From the NCBI GenBank assembly GCA_951406725.2, contig OX597819.1, positions 25,192,001 to 25,254,000 of the forward strand: a stretch of DNA of 62,000 nt, in the 5' to 3' direction. The translations under genes were made by a program, and so were the position numbers. Under the pieces are notes generated by a model. It ran no database searches. It worked only from the letters and a program-made list of their open reading frames with translations, and was not told the origin of the DNA. Shown here in pieces: positions 41,023-54,752 of this stretch (within the stretch, counting starts at the first letter, position 1; every line of letters starts with the position of its first letter). The stretch is from Octopus vulgaris. Lineage: Eukaryota.

Positions 41023-41458
41023 ATAAAGAAAACCAATATCCAAACACATCATAACGATATACCCCCGTGAAAGAAATTCTTGTATTAAAAATATAAATAT
41101 AATGTATAAAATAAATTTGATAATTTAAAAATTTTGAATCAATTATTTAAGCATCTTACGATCGTTTCGCAGAAGAGTTGTCCCTATAATGAAATCCTAT
41201 ATTGATAAGCATTTATAGACAACCCGTCTGCTCTTCAGAGATATAAAATATGAATATTGTATAATACATCGAATAATAATCTTAAAAAAAAATTGAAGTA
41301 AAATTGTAAAATGGTGTTTGTTTGAAATGTAAAATCTTATTTATTTTATACATTATATTTATATTTTTATATTTATTTATTTATATATATTTTTAATAGA
41401 ATAATTTCTTTCACACGGGTATATCGTTATAATGAGTTTGGATATTGATTTTCTTTAT
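41023..41458. mobile_element. ~57-bp inverted repeats (41023-41078 and 41403-41458) enclosing the hammerhead motif; probable Penelope-like relic
   Basis: aaagaaaaccaatatccaaac..ataacgatataccc..gtgaaagaaatt is reverse-complemented at 41403-41458. Confidence 0.6.
41152..41243 (-). ncRNA. Type I hammerhead ribozyme motif (Penelope-like element type), structurally intact
   Basis: Minus strand reads TATCT-CTGAAGA-GCAGA..long hairpin..TCTGC-GAAA-CGATCG-TA-AGATG. Full core, G10.1-C11.1 pair, palindromic helix III ACGAUCGU, GUA cleavage triplet, 5-bp helix I. Confidence 0.8.
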
Positions 41459-41839
41459 CATTAATAATAATAATAATATATTATTAAAATATATATCATT
41501 ATCATCATCATCATCATCGTTTAGCGTCCGCTTTCCATGCTAGCATGGGTTGGACGGTTCAACTGGGGTCTGGGAAGCCAGGAGGCTGCACCAGGCCAGT
41601 CAGATCTGGCAATGTTTCTACGGCTGGATGCCCTTCCTAACGCCAACCACTCCGTGAGTGTAGTGAGTGCATTTTACGTGCCACCGGCACAGGTGCCAGG
41701 CGAGGCTGGCAACGGCCACGAACGGATGGTGCTTTTTATGTGCCACCGGCATGAGGCCAGTTGGGGCGGCGCTGGGTATGTATATGTATCTGTATATATG
41801 TATATATATACATATATATATATAGATATATATATATAC

Positions 41840-41870
<31 letters not shown>

Positions 41871-41894
41871 CATACATATATATATATACATACA

Positions 41895-41980
<86 letters not shown>

Positions 41981-42162
41981 ATTGTTAAAGAGGACAACAA
42001 ATACTAAAGCAGGACAAACACTTCAAATCATATACAATATTGTTATTGGAAAAAATTCAAAGGCTAACAGCTGTTTCTGGGATATCCCTGAAGATGGGAT
42101 ATTCCCTCATCACAGACAAATAAGGAAAATGAGTATGGCCAAAACCTATCAAAGTATATATA

Positions 42163-43020
42163 CAGGGTGCCATGGGTAAATTCTCGCCATTTTATACTTT
42201 TAATTTTGTGCATGCGCATTGTTTGTTTTTTGATTTTGTCGACTACACAGTATAGTAGGGTCAATTGGGCACTGTCTGTGAGAAAAAACAGCACAATGAT
42301 GCAATTCACTCTGCCAGAAATTTGGAAACAACATGCTTGGTATTCACACTGGAAGCTCCAATACGGACATTTCAGTGCAATCTGAAGACATGTACTGGGA
42401 GTGATATAAATCAAATATCCAGGCAACATCATGGTTTTTGGAGTGATCACTAGTGATGGCGATGTTATGTCTCCATCCATCTTCCCACATGGCCCCAGAC
42501 TCAACATGGAGAGGCCTACATCAAATGCCTAAAGGAGGTAGTGCTGCTCTGGGTCAAGAGGGTGCTTGCTGGAAGACTCTATGTCTGGTAACAGGACTCT
42601 CCACCATGCCGCACAAAAAAGAGAACCCAGTCATGGCTGTCAGACAATTTCTGTGACTACATCACCCCTAATGTCTGGCCACCTAACTCGACAAATTGCA
42701 ACCCCTTTGATTATTAGGTGAGAGCACAGTTGAACAAGAGACCAATAATACCTCTTGTTATACCAAAGATGAACTGAAAGCAAGGATTATGGAAGCATTC
42801 ACCAACTTAAATAAGGAAGCTGCCCAGAAGAGTTGCAGAGATTCAAAAGTCATCTGGCGGTCGTGGTTGAAGCCAATGGCGATTTTATTGAGTGAATTTA
42901 CTCTTTAGTATTTCAAGATATTTTTATGTAATTTTGGTAAATATATCTGTTAAAATGAGATGTCAGTGTTATTTTCATTTTTGCATAGTTTAGAGATGAC
43001 AGCTTATTCACCACACCCTC
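42163..43020 (+). mobile_element. Tc1/mariner DD37D (maT-type) transposon relic, internally deleted, with stops and frameshifts
   Basis: TA|CAGGGTG left end. Peptide IMVFGVITSDG..W*QDS(37 aa)DY with WPPNS..CNPFDY, ending VVEANGDFIE*. Right end caccctc abuts (TA)n. Confidence 0.85.
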
Positions 43021-43036
43021 ACTATATATATGCATA

Positions 43037-43385
<349 letters not shown>

Positions 43386-43473
43386 ATAGCAATGGTAAGA
43401 CAACAAAAGAATGAAAATGTCCTTGATATTATATAAATAGAGGAATTTATTTGTAATATTGTGACAATTATTT

Positions 43474-43645
43474 GGTTACCATAATAAAACTCCAAGTTTC
43501 GGATGTTGGGGCGGAAACCTGCACCAGCATCTCTTCAGTTATCGTGGCAATTAAAATATATTATTTTAATTGCCTTGATAACTGAAGAGATGCCGGTACA
43601 GGTTTCCGCCCTGATATCCGAACTTGGAATTTTATCATGGCAACC
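43474..43645. repeat. 172-bp foldback element with degenerate CTGAAGA..GAAAC motif in each arm
   Basis: ggttaccataataaaactccaag...gcaattaaaata is inverted as ttattttaattgc...cttggaattttatcatggcaacc. Confidence 0.75.
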
Positions 43646-43654
43646 GAATAGTTG

Positions 43655-43695
<41 letters not shown>

Positions 43696-45390
43696 GTTAA
43701 ACCAAACATGAAAACACAAAGAGAACACACAACAACGTGAGGACATGTTGAAACGTCTATATATATATATATATATATATATATGTAATAAAATATTTTT
43801 ATTTGTCTGAAGTTGAAGCTTCACTACATTCACTACTCTAAGCTTTTTACTTCTGGGTATTAATACTATTTCCTTGAATTCTCTCAAAAATCAGAAACTA
43901 CAAGAAACAACAGTTTTGAAATAATATAACTGTTTATGCATCGTTATTTCTACATCACAAATGATAGAAAAGCCTTCAGTATAAGTCAAGGCGTATAATT
44001 ACTGTATTTATTTGAGTATAAGTTGCACTATTCTATACTTGATTTTAATGGAAAAAACTAGGATGTGACTTATACGTGAGGTAAAGCGAAGACAGCCCTT
44101 TCATTACTGTATTTATTTTGAGATGCTCTGTGTTTCTTTTAATTATTTTAGATGTAACAAAGAATTTAGTAAAGTAACTTAGTTATTATCAAGCTAGTGT
44201 TAGGAACGTAAATTGTGACTAAGGCTTGGTGGAATATTTTAATTCAAAACTTATGAAAACAAGATATTTTACCACAGAGCCAGAGCCGGTTTTGGCCAGG
44301 TTAGTAACAAAAGGGTTAAAAGGAAAATTATTTTTTTTTACCAAGATTTAGCACTGAAATAGGGGTGCAACTTATACAGGAATACAAGTTATATATGAGT
44401 GCATCTGGTACATGAGTAAATACAATATATATATTGTATTCAGCTGATATTTCACTTTGTCACTACTTGGAGTTTATAATACATACTTTCAAAGATAAGT
44501 GTGAAAAATCCAGTAATATTGAATTGAATCTGTTATGTTTTTGTTGCCATTTAAATGCTTTTCCACCTGATCATGTAGCACCATTGACCTCGGTTACACC
44601 CCAACACATCTTTGCTTATACTAAACTTCACTGAGCACTGTGTGTGTGTGTGTGTGTTTGCAATGAAGTAAGTACCTGTTTAATTTTTTGTTTCTCTGTT
44701 AGATGTAAGTATTGTTGATTTTTATTTTATATTTCTGTCCTAAATTTCCTCTTTTAATATTTCCTCTCTTGTTTGTGCCATCTTTTGGCTTTCTCTTTCT
44801 TACTCACACTTTTTCTAATTTTTTTTTCTATTTTTTCCAACTTGTCTTGAATTGATCTCTGCCTTTCTAATACACGTTATTGCTTTTGACTTCTTAAAGT
44901 CAGTTTTGGTGATGGCCACATTTTTATTTATTTATTTATTATTTTTGTATTTTTTTTTTTTGCAAACTGCTTTGTTACATAAAGATATTTATAAAGCAAA
45001 CTAATTTATAATATTCAGATTTGTGTGTATAATTACTTTCAGAATAAATTGATATCCAACGCCTTATTTATACGGTTATTTTGTGCACGCATGTGTGTGT
45101 GTGTGTATGCATGTGGGAGATAATCTTAAGCCAGTTTCTTTATATAATTTAAAGTAATGTATAGATTAGTTCTCACTAATTTAATAGCAATTAATACTTA
45201 CTGACAGAAAATCCACATTGCCACTCCATAGGCGCAGGAGTGGCTGTGTGGTAAGTAGCTTGCTTACCAGCCACATGGTTCCGGGTTCAGTCCCACTGCG
45301 TGGCACCTAGGGCAAGTGTCTTCTACTATAGCCTTGGGCCAACCAAAGCCTTGTGAATGGATTTGGTAGACGGAAACTGAAAGAAGCCCG

Positions 45391-45431
<41 letters not shown>

Positions 45432-46499
45432 TATGTTTGTGTGTCTGTGTTTGTCCCCCCCAACATCGCTTAACAACCGATGTTGGTGTGTTTACGTCCC
45501 CATCACTTAGTGGTTCGGCAAAAAGGACCGATAGAATAAGTACTAGGCTTACAAAGAATAAGTCCTGGGGTTGATTTGCTTGACTAAAGGCAGTGCTCCA
45601 GCATGGCCGCAGTTAAATGACTGAAACAAATAAAGGAATAAAAGAATTGCCCTTTAAAATATTTCTTCTCCTTTTCTTTCATTTTTCTCTGCTCTCCTGC
45701 ATTTTCTCTGTACATAGAGCCTCTACATGGTTGTCAAAGTTGCTAGAAATGACAGTCAAATCTTTAATCACATCATACCACAAATGAAGATACACTGATT
45801 AATTAAGTCCTATATATACTCTATACTTACATTAATCAAATTTAGCATTAGCCAATGCGGAAGCTTCTACATGAGTGGTTCTTAACCTGGGTCAACATGA
45901 CCATTGGGAGTTCATGTAAGATTTAGGTGTTAAAATATGTGCCATAAATTAGTTATACTTTACAATACACAAAATATTTTAGCAATTTCTTAAATACAAT
46001 TCTGGCTTGATATAATTTTGACTGGGGACTGTAAGCTGGACTCAGCCCAGAGTTAATAAGATGCCAACCCTGGCTCTATATGTACTATGTGTGTGTGTGT
46101 GCGCGTGAATGCGTGGGTGTATATATTCCCAAAATATATTTATTATCTAATTATTGTTATTTGTTTCCAAATAAACTGACAGCATGCCATTGTTAATAAT
46201 GATAAGAAGAACATTTCTTTATAATCTTTGAAGCTTCATACTCAAAACTGTGCTGAATAAAAAAGCCTTTCACTCACATTTGTGTCATTTTTATAAAGAC
46301 ATTTCTTATTTGTTACATATTTTCTTCATCAAATGTCTGACTTATGCAGCTTATTTCAGTCATTACGATTAACACAATATAACTGGTATTAATATAAGTG
46401 TGCGAGCGTGCGCATATATATATATATATATATATACCAAAAGACCTATCTATAAATGCTCTAATATCTACACAGCCTTGATTTTTTATCTTATTACAT

Positions 46500-46997
<498 letters not shown>

Positions 46998-47674
46998 TCG
47001 AAACTGCACCTTCACAAACATCATTTTATACAGCTTTGCTTCATAAATTCGCACGACATTTAATAAATGTATTTTCGTGTTTACAAATATTTAAACATGT
47101 GTTGCATGTATGTACTTATTTAAAAATCTATGTGTATCTATCTATCTATATATATATGAGTATGTGTTCCTAATTGTGTGTTATTGTTTGTATGTATCAC
47201 AGTTTATATGTACATATACATATATATATACATTCGCTTGGAGTACTTACGTAAAAATTTGTTTTCAAGGGAGATAACACTCATCAATACACTTGAGAGT
47301 TACTTCCCTTATACTAATCGCGCTTTCTCGCATTTATTTCTCCTATTTTCTTTCGTTTCCTTAAATTTTTACCGCTTTTTTTTTGCTGGTTCTGGATCAA
47401 CTTTACAATCTATGGAAACTATAATAGAATTACTAGAATTTTCTCTGATACTCACTCTCTCTTTCTCTTTCTCTCGCTTGCATACATGCTCTTACATGCA
47501 ATACACAAGAAACACGCTAATGCGACTATTTCTACTTGGTTGAGAGACATGCTTGAAATAGCAGCTAAATCTCCTTCAAACAACATCCTATCTTATAAAA
47601 AAAAAAAAAAAATGAAAAAAATCCCCAAACCCAGAAACAAAAGAAAAAAGATGAGATACTCATAACCAGAATTG

Positions 47675-48344
47675 GCATCTTTTCGGTTTGAACGGCAGTT
47701 TTTTCTAGCGGTGTCATATGAAATTGTCACCCATAATTATAACCCTAGAATCGATCTATTGCATTTCGATCTGTTTTAGGGTTAGGATTAGTTAGGGTTA
47801 GGGTTAGGGTTAGGTGTGGAGGGAAGGGTATCTTTTTTTTTCTTCACAAATGTAAATAAACCCAATCTGTTTCTTAAACGAGGGACATATTCATACGGCA
47901 CAGAATGTTTTTTTTTTACCTCAATAGACGTCACTGATTGGTTGAAAATGCAGAAATTGAAGAAAATCAACAACAAATATCTTACAAACTATAGAATTTT
48001 CTCAATAAAGCCAAGAGAAAAATATGTTTTATAAACACATTCTACCAGTATATGAAGTTTAACTCTTTCGTTACCATATTTATTTTGAGATGCTCTGTGT
48101 TTCTTTCAATTATTTTAGATGTAACAAAGAATTTAGTAAAATAACTTAGTTATCATTAAGCTAGTGTTAGGAACATAAATTGTGATTAAGGTTTGGTGGA
48201 AGATTTTAATCCAAAATTTATGAAAACAAGACATTTGTCCTACAGAGCCAGAGCCAGTTTCAGTCGGGTTGGTAACGAAAGGGTTAAAATGTTTTAGTTA
48301 CCTAGAAATTATGTTAAAAACTGCCGTTCAAACTGAAAAGATCC
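47675..48344. mobile_element. Related MITE with 8-bp TSD (cagaattg), a (TTAGGG)n tract and a nested piggyBac-type MITE
   Basis: Same terminal motif (ATCTTTTC..TTTGAACGGCAG); TSD at 47667-47674 and 48345-48352. Confidence 0.8.
48063..48283 (+). mobile_element. piggyBac-type MITE nested at TTAA
   Basis: TTAA|C(C/T)CTTTCGTTACC...GGTAACGAAAGGG|TTAA; the TTAA site is uninterrupted in the 19.9 kb relative. Confidence 0.8.
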
Positions 48345-48623
48345 CAGAATTGTTTCGAACAGAGCTCTACTCTATCTGGGCGAAACTAAAACGTTAACAA
48401 ATAACGAATTGTATGATAATGCATTCTGTTAGCACAATAACATTTTGGAACAATTTTAATATCTAAAACATTAATGATGATCAGATTTGATAGTAACACA
48501 TACATACATAAATAGAGTAAATTAATGCATAACAAATCAAATGACTTCTCTGATTGATAACATTAATTGATCATTAGTTATAACCATTAAATAATTGTGC
48601 GTGTATGTGTGTATGTATGTATG

Positions 48624-48670
<47 letters not shown>

Positions 48671-49019
48671 TCGATTAACGTCCATTAACCGTGTAGGTAT
48701 GGGTTAGACTATGTAATATATGTATATATGTATCTAAATATATATGTATACATATATATATTTAAATATATATGGACACAAATGTATATATACATATGAA
48801 TATATAAAATGCATACCTGCATACAAACATATATATATATAATGTATGTGTGTCATTTCAAACATGTATAGAAATGTATATATATATATATACATACAAA
48901 TACACACATACACATATATATATAATGTAGGTGTGTCAATTCACACACATATAGAAATGTATGTACACAAATATATTTATATATATATATATATGAATAT
49001 ATAAATACATACATACATG

Positions 49020-49051
<32 letters not shown>

Positions 49052-50587
49052 TACACACACACACACACACACATACACACAATATACATATCATCATAAT
49101 CATCAATTAACATTAATTTTTCCATGATGGTATGAGTTGGACTATATAATATATTTGTATTTATGTGTATAAATATATATGTATGTCAATCCACACACAT
49201 ATAGAAATGTATGTATGATTTTATATATAAATATATATATATATGTGTGTGTGTGTATATATATGCATTATTTAACACACATACATGCACACACATACAT
49301 ATGGATGCACACCTTATATCCATGAAATTAGGGAAAATCTATTTTTTATTATAAAATGTGAATGTAGAAAAATTCATAAACAATCTTATTTCTGAATCTA
49401 TTTGATACTTTTATCTCTTTTTTCTCATTAATTGCTTTGCCTGCTTCGTTAATTTCTTTGCTTTCTGTCTGTTTCTTTTGAGCTTTAAATTAGCATTATT
49501 CAACTATTTCATCTCCTTATCCAACTGAAAATCTCTTGAAACATTGACAATCAAATGTATTTAAATGAATCAATTTATAAGATTCTGTATTTTTCTTCAT
49601 ATTAACTAAGTATTACTTGAGTAAAAATGGAAGACCTACTAATTATTATATACATAATACAAAATATATTCTAAGATAATGTAATGTTAATAAATTTTTT
49701 TTTAATATAGTATATTAGTATAATATCATAATTATCATAATAATTTAAATACATAATTACTAATTTAAACATAATTACTAATTATCTTATATTGAGCTAA
49801 ATTCAATTTTTCTGACTAAAAAGAAAAACAATAAATAAATGATTGAGAGCCAAAGAAACATATTTTTACTTACATCTCTGAAGCATGATGAAGAAAATTT
49901 CAGAATAAATTATGTTTGTAATTGAAATGTTTTCATTTTATGTAATTTAACTTAATACTTGTCGTTTATAAATCCTCAAGAATATTTTTCTAAATTTTCA
50001 ATGCTTTTTTAAATCAAAGGCGCTAACTGCCTATTGTTTTTCCTACATTTAAATGCTTAGATATTTTATTATTTTAGAAGTTTTAAAATATAAAAATTAA
50101 AAAGTACTTTTTTTACAATGGTTTTTAAGTAATCCATGTAACTAAATTGATTTGGACATCAATTGAAGAGAGGACACATCATTTTATTATATTCTTAATA
50201 ATCCTAATCTTAATAAAAAAAAATCATCCAAATATGATATTAGGCTTGCAGGCAATATTTCTATGTTAACAATGAACTTGCTTTTAAATGTTAAAAAAGA
50301 GAGAAAGGGAGCTGTGGTTGAAGTACCTGTTGAATTGTTGTGTGTGTGTGTGTGTAATATTTTATTTTATTATTTTATGTTATGTAGCATAGCCTGAAAC
50401 ATAATACAAAATACCAAGTTTGCTGGAAATCTTTGAGAAAACCACAACATGACATATCTTTCGTCTGTCTTATTGCTGAATCTCTTGTCTCTCATAAGGC
50501 TTTACTTTCTGTATTTCTTTTTTTATTATTATTATTATTATTATTTTACAAAGTTTATATTTATATTCTTTTCCTTCATTCCACTAG

Positions 50588-50752
50588 ATAACAAATGGTC
50601 TAAATGGAGTAGCTGGACAAACTGCAGCTCTAAATGTGGCGGAGGTCTTCGGTACCGCAAACGTAACTGTCTTTCTTCTCACCCAGAGGTGTTGGCTTAT
50701 TGTAAAGGACCCCAAATGGAAGTGATGCATTGCAATATGCAACCGTGTCATG
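50588..50752 (+). CDS. Sema5: Semaphorin-5-like exon, canonical TSP1 repeat (DNKWSKWSSWTNCSSKCGGGLRYRKRNC...CNMQPCH)
   Basis: WxxWxxW-C-xxC-GGG-RxRxRxC pattern. Acceptor ccactag ends at 50587, donor G|gtaatt; 165 bp, phase 1-1. Confidence 0.92.
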
Positions 50753-50786
50753 GTAATTTAACCTTCTATGACAGCTTGACAATTTT

Positions 50787-50824
<38 letters not shown>

Positions 50825-51023
50825 ACTTTTCAATGATTTAATGAGATTTATAACTTTGGATAATTTCTTACAAATTCATCACTTTCTCCTCTTTACAAGA
50901 GAATCATTAAATATAACATAACGTAATATATTATAATACAATATAATACACTATAATGTAATATAATATAATAGAATATAACAACACAATAGAATACTGA
51001 ATATAAAATGGCACTAATATTAA

Positions 51024-51243
51024 CCTTTTGATTCCAACCCACCTGAGACTGTCTTTGGTTCTATGATATATAAAATTTCTCTTTTAAAGTGATCCAAATT
51101 AAAGCCTGTTAAAATCTCACGTTAATCATGTTCCAAACACCTGCTTGATTATGACATTAGTCATTTTACTAAATTCTTCATTATTTTCAAAATCATTTGA
51201 GGTAAAGGCAGTGGATTTCTGGAGAGACATGGAAATGAAAAGG
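51024..51243 (+). mobile_element. Second piggyBac-type MITE family; a third family lies at ~21256-21441
   Basis: TTAA|CCTTTTGATTCC...GGAAATGAAAAGG|TTAA. Confidence 0.6.
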
Positions 51244-51496
51244 TTAAAGCATACAAGCAACTATTTTATTTTATGAATAAATTTGTCTTTTGGTGAAGGA
51301 ACATATTATAGAATAAATTGTATTTGATAAGATGAGATTCATTGAAACCTGTAATATTTTCTTTATATAATTTTCTAATTAATTTTTTATTAAATTCCCT
51401 CTTAAACTGAAATGTCTTAGACTTGCTTCTGTGCTATTTCCACCTCCATCTTTTATATATAAAAATTTGATTTGTATAGATCTCTAAGCTTTTTTC

Positions 51497-51545
<49 letters not shown>

Positions 51546-51546
<1 letters not shown>

Positions 51547-52690
51547 TAGCTGGTGTACCTGGTAATTCCTGGGGGTAAAGATGTTCTATTGAAATGCTTT
51601 ATAACTCTAAGAAAGCAATTTCATTATAACTTCCACAAAAGGTGTATTTTCCATCATGAAAAAAATATTAAAAAAACTGTCAGCTGGAGGAGGGAGAGAT
51701 TGCTGGAGGTTGGCAACTCTCATGCCATTGCATAATTTTAGGGGATCGAGGTTTCTTAAAAGCATAACTGGGGCTCCAACCTTTAGATGCAATTCATGCA
51801 GTGGTAGACCTGAAGGTGCAAGGCTATTGAAGAATTCAACGGGGTAATGAACAGCATCATTGGTGTGGAGTACAATATCAATTGACATGTATGTGCGACG
51901 ATTGTCAAGCAGTTGTTCCAGAAGGTGATTGTTTATGCCATCGACTGCAACATTTTTTGGCACCAAAATTGCAGTTTTCTCAGTTTTCTCAGCCAACAGT
52001 GGTCTGTGAATTGTGTGTTCAGATTGGGGAAAACTCTCACCAATAGTTCGTGTATATTTGACACCAAATTGCCAAAGGGTAAACTAATCTTCCCCTTCTG
52101 CTCAATAATTACAGAACCAGTTCCAATATCCATTAATTGCCTGCAGAAGTTCTGCATGTGTGCATCACCACCTAACTGCACTCTCATGTTTGTTGTGAGT
52201 TTCAACTTTCTAACCTTGCCCCAAAGGTATGAAGATTTGAGGCTCACACTTACCTCATCTGCTCTCGTCCCCTTTCGAATGACTGTGAGTGTTTGTCGAA
52301 AGTCTCCTGCAAGGAGTACTGTTAGGCCACCAATTAGTCTTGAGTTGCACCTCGGATCTTGAAGTAATCTGTCAAAAGCCCCCTTATGACTCATTGTTGC
52401 TTCATCCCAAATGATCAATTTGCACTCAGTGGATGACTTTGAGATCAGGCAGCTCATCCATCCTCCCCTGAGCGCATTTCAAGCTATTCACATAGGTATG
52501 AGTTGAATGAAGCATTGTCTGTAATTTTTGCAATCAGACGTTTGTCAACACCTTCATTCAGCCTGCACCATTGGTCAACTTCCTCATCGTCACCTCCCAT
52601 AAAATACACCTGGACAAATTTCAGCTCAGCATCTGGTAAAGCTCTTAGGCTTCCCACTTAATTATAGCATTGACACCTGATTTTGATATC
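51546..52690 (-). mobile_element. Internally deleted Helitron with pseudogenised Rep N-region and PIF1 helicase fragments
   Basis: Minus-strand peptides VGSLRALPDAELKFVQVYFMG, LIIWDEATM, VLLAGDFRQ, LTTNMRV and LHLKVGAPVMLLRNLDP..LCNG. The 3' end is a hairpin-like CCCAGG..CCAGG followed by CTAG|T at 51546. Confidence 0.9.
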
Positions 52691-53498
52691 AGAAAAAAAA
52701 TAAAAGAAAGAAAATGGAGAAATTGATTTATAAATACTGATTTATTGAAACAAATCTAGTTTTGAACAATATCAAACTCATAGAAGCTGCAATTGTTCCC
52801 ATGTACAATTAATTAATTCAAATAATTAATAATCCTCTGAATAACCCTAAACTTTAACTTTATACAACATAGCAATATTGTTTACAATATTTAACTATAG
52901 TACTACATGATAAGATTTCCCCTATTTCATTATCAATGGCCTGCTAGTGGCCAACCCCTTTAATTGTCAGTTAACATCTTGATTTAGGTTTTTCCTTTAC
53001 CAAATCTCATGATATTTCTTCTAATAAATCTTGATTTTTTTATGACTATACCCACTATGATTTCTGTCTACTCCCACAGCCCTACCCCAAACAGACACTG
53101 TCCCTTGTTCTCTCGGCTTTAGATATACAAGGATTTGATAAAACTAGTCTATAAATTAAAACTGACCCCATAAAAAACAGTGACAAGCAAAATCTGTAAC
53201 AAGTCTCTCTTCCTGATACCTTAGTAGCTTCTAAGCTGAAGTGAAGGCAGCATGTTCTTTGTCTATCTCCATAACTTCTTGGAGATTTTAAGTAAAATTA
53301 TACTAATGTGTCCATCTGTTTTAATTTAATTAAATTCTGTGTCTTTGTGCAACTGAGGATTGCTCTGTATTTAAATTGATGAAATGGTTGCATTGTTCAA
53401 TTAAATGAAGTTGCGTGAAATGATTGTACTGCATTACCTCTGGATATTCTTGTTGCTTATTTAGATTTATGTGTATATATATGTATATATATATAAGC

Positions 53499-53536
<38 letters not shown>

Positions 53537-53609
53537 TTGGAAATGGATGTATGCCATTCATTCATACAGTAATATAAATAAAATATATATATAGGCATAT
53601 ATACATACA

Positions 53610-53664
<55 letters not shown>

Positions 53665-54547
53665 GTATGTATGTATATACATATATCGGTACAGGACAAC
53701 ACATGTGCATTTATATATGCATATACATATATATGCATATGTATATATATGTATATGCATATACATATATATCCATATGTATATATGCATATAGATATAT
53801 ATGAATATATATGAATATATATGCATATATATGTATATGCATATATATATATATGCATATAAATATATATGCATATATATATATGCATATATATGTTTAT
53901 GCATACATATGTATGTGCATATATAAATGCATATATATATGTGTATTCGCATATATATATGCAAATATATATATATGCACATATATATATACATACACAT
54001 ATATATATGTATATATACATACACACATATACGCATACACCGCAAAAGCATATATTTCCATTTTTTTTTGAGTAGGTTTCATGTCTTTGTGCACATGTGT
54101 GTGCACATGCCTGTACATGTGTTGGTGTCTGAGGTAATAGCTTTCTTTTTTTTGACGACGAGGCAGCATTTCCGAATAGGTATGTAGCCTCAAGTGATTC
54201 GAATAATCACAAAAGCATCCGCACCTGCACCATCAAGTAATTCCTAATAGATATCAGTGCTATACAGGTTTAATTAAAACTTTGGCTTGCAACAGCTTAC
54301 AACTGTCAAGGAGATTTAAAGTATGAGACACAAAATAATAAGAAGAAATACGAATTCTAATGAAACTCGTAAAGAGATCTCAGGCTAAGACGTTGGCATC
54401 AAAGTGAAGTTGAGTCTTGTTAGGTTATAAAGTAATTTGATATTTTGATATGAATACATATGCATATGTATACATATGTGTGTTTTAGTATGTATATATG
54501 CAAATATATATATATATAAACGCACGCACATTTTATATATAATATAT

Positions 54548-54711
54548 AGTCGCAGGAGTGGCTGTGTGGTAAGTAGCTTGCTAATCAACCACATGGTTCC
54601 GGGTTCAGTCCCACTGTGTGGCATCTTGGGCAAGTGTCTTCTGCTATAGCCCTGTGCCGACAAATGCCTTGTGAGTGGATTTGGTTGACGGAAACTGAAA
54701 GAAGCCTGTCG

Positions 54712-54752
<41 letters not shown>

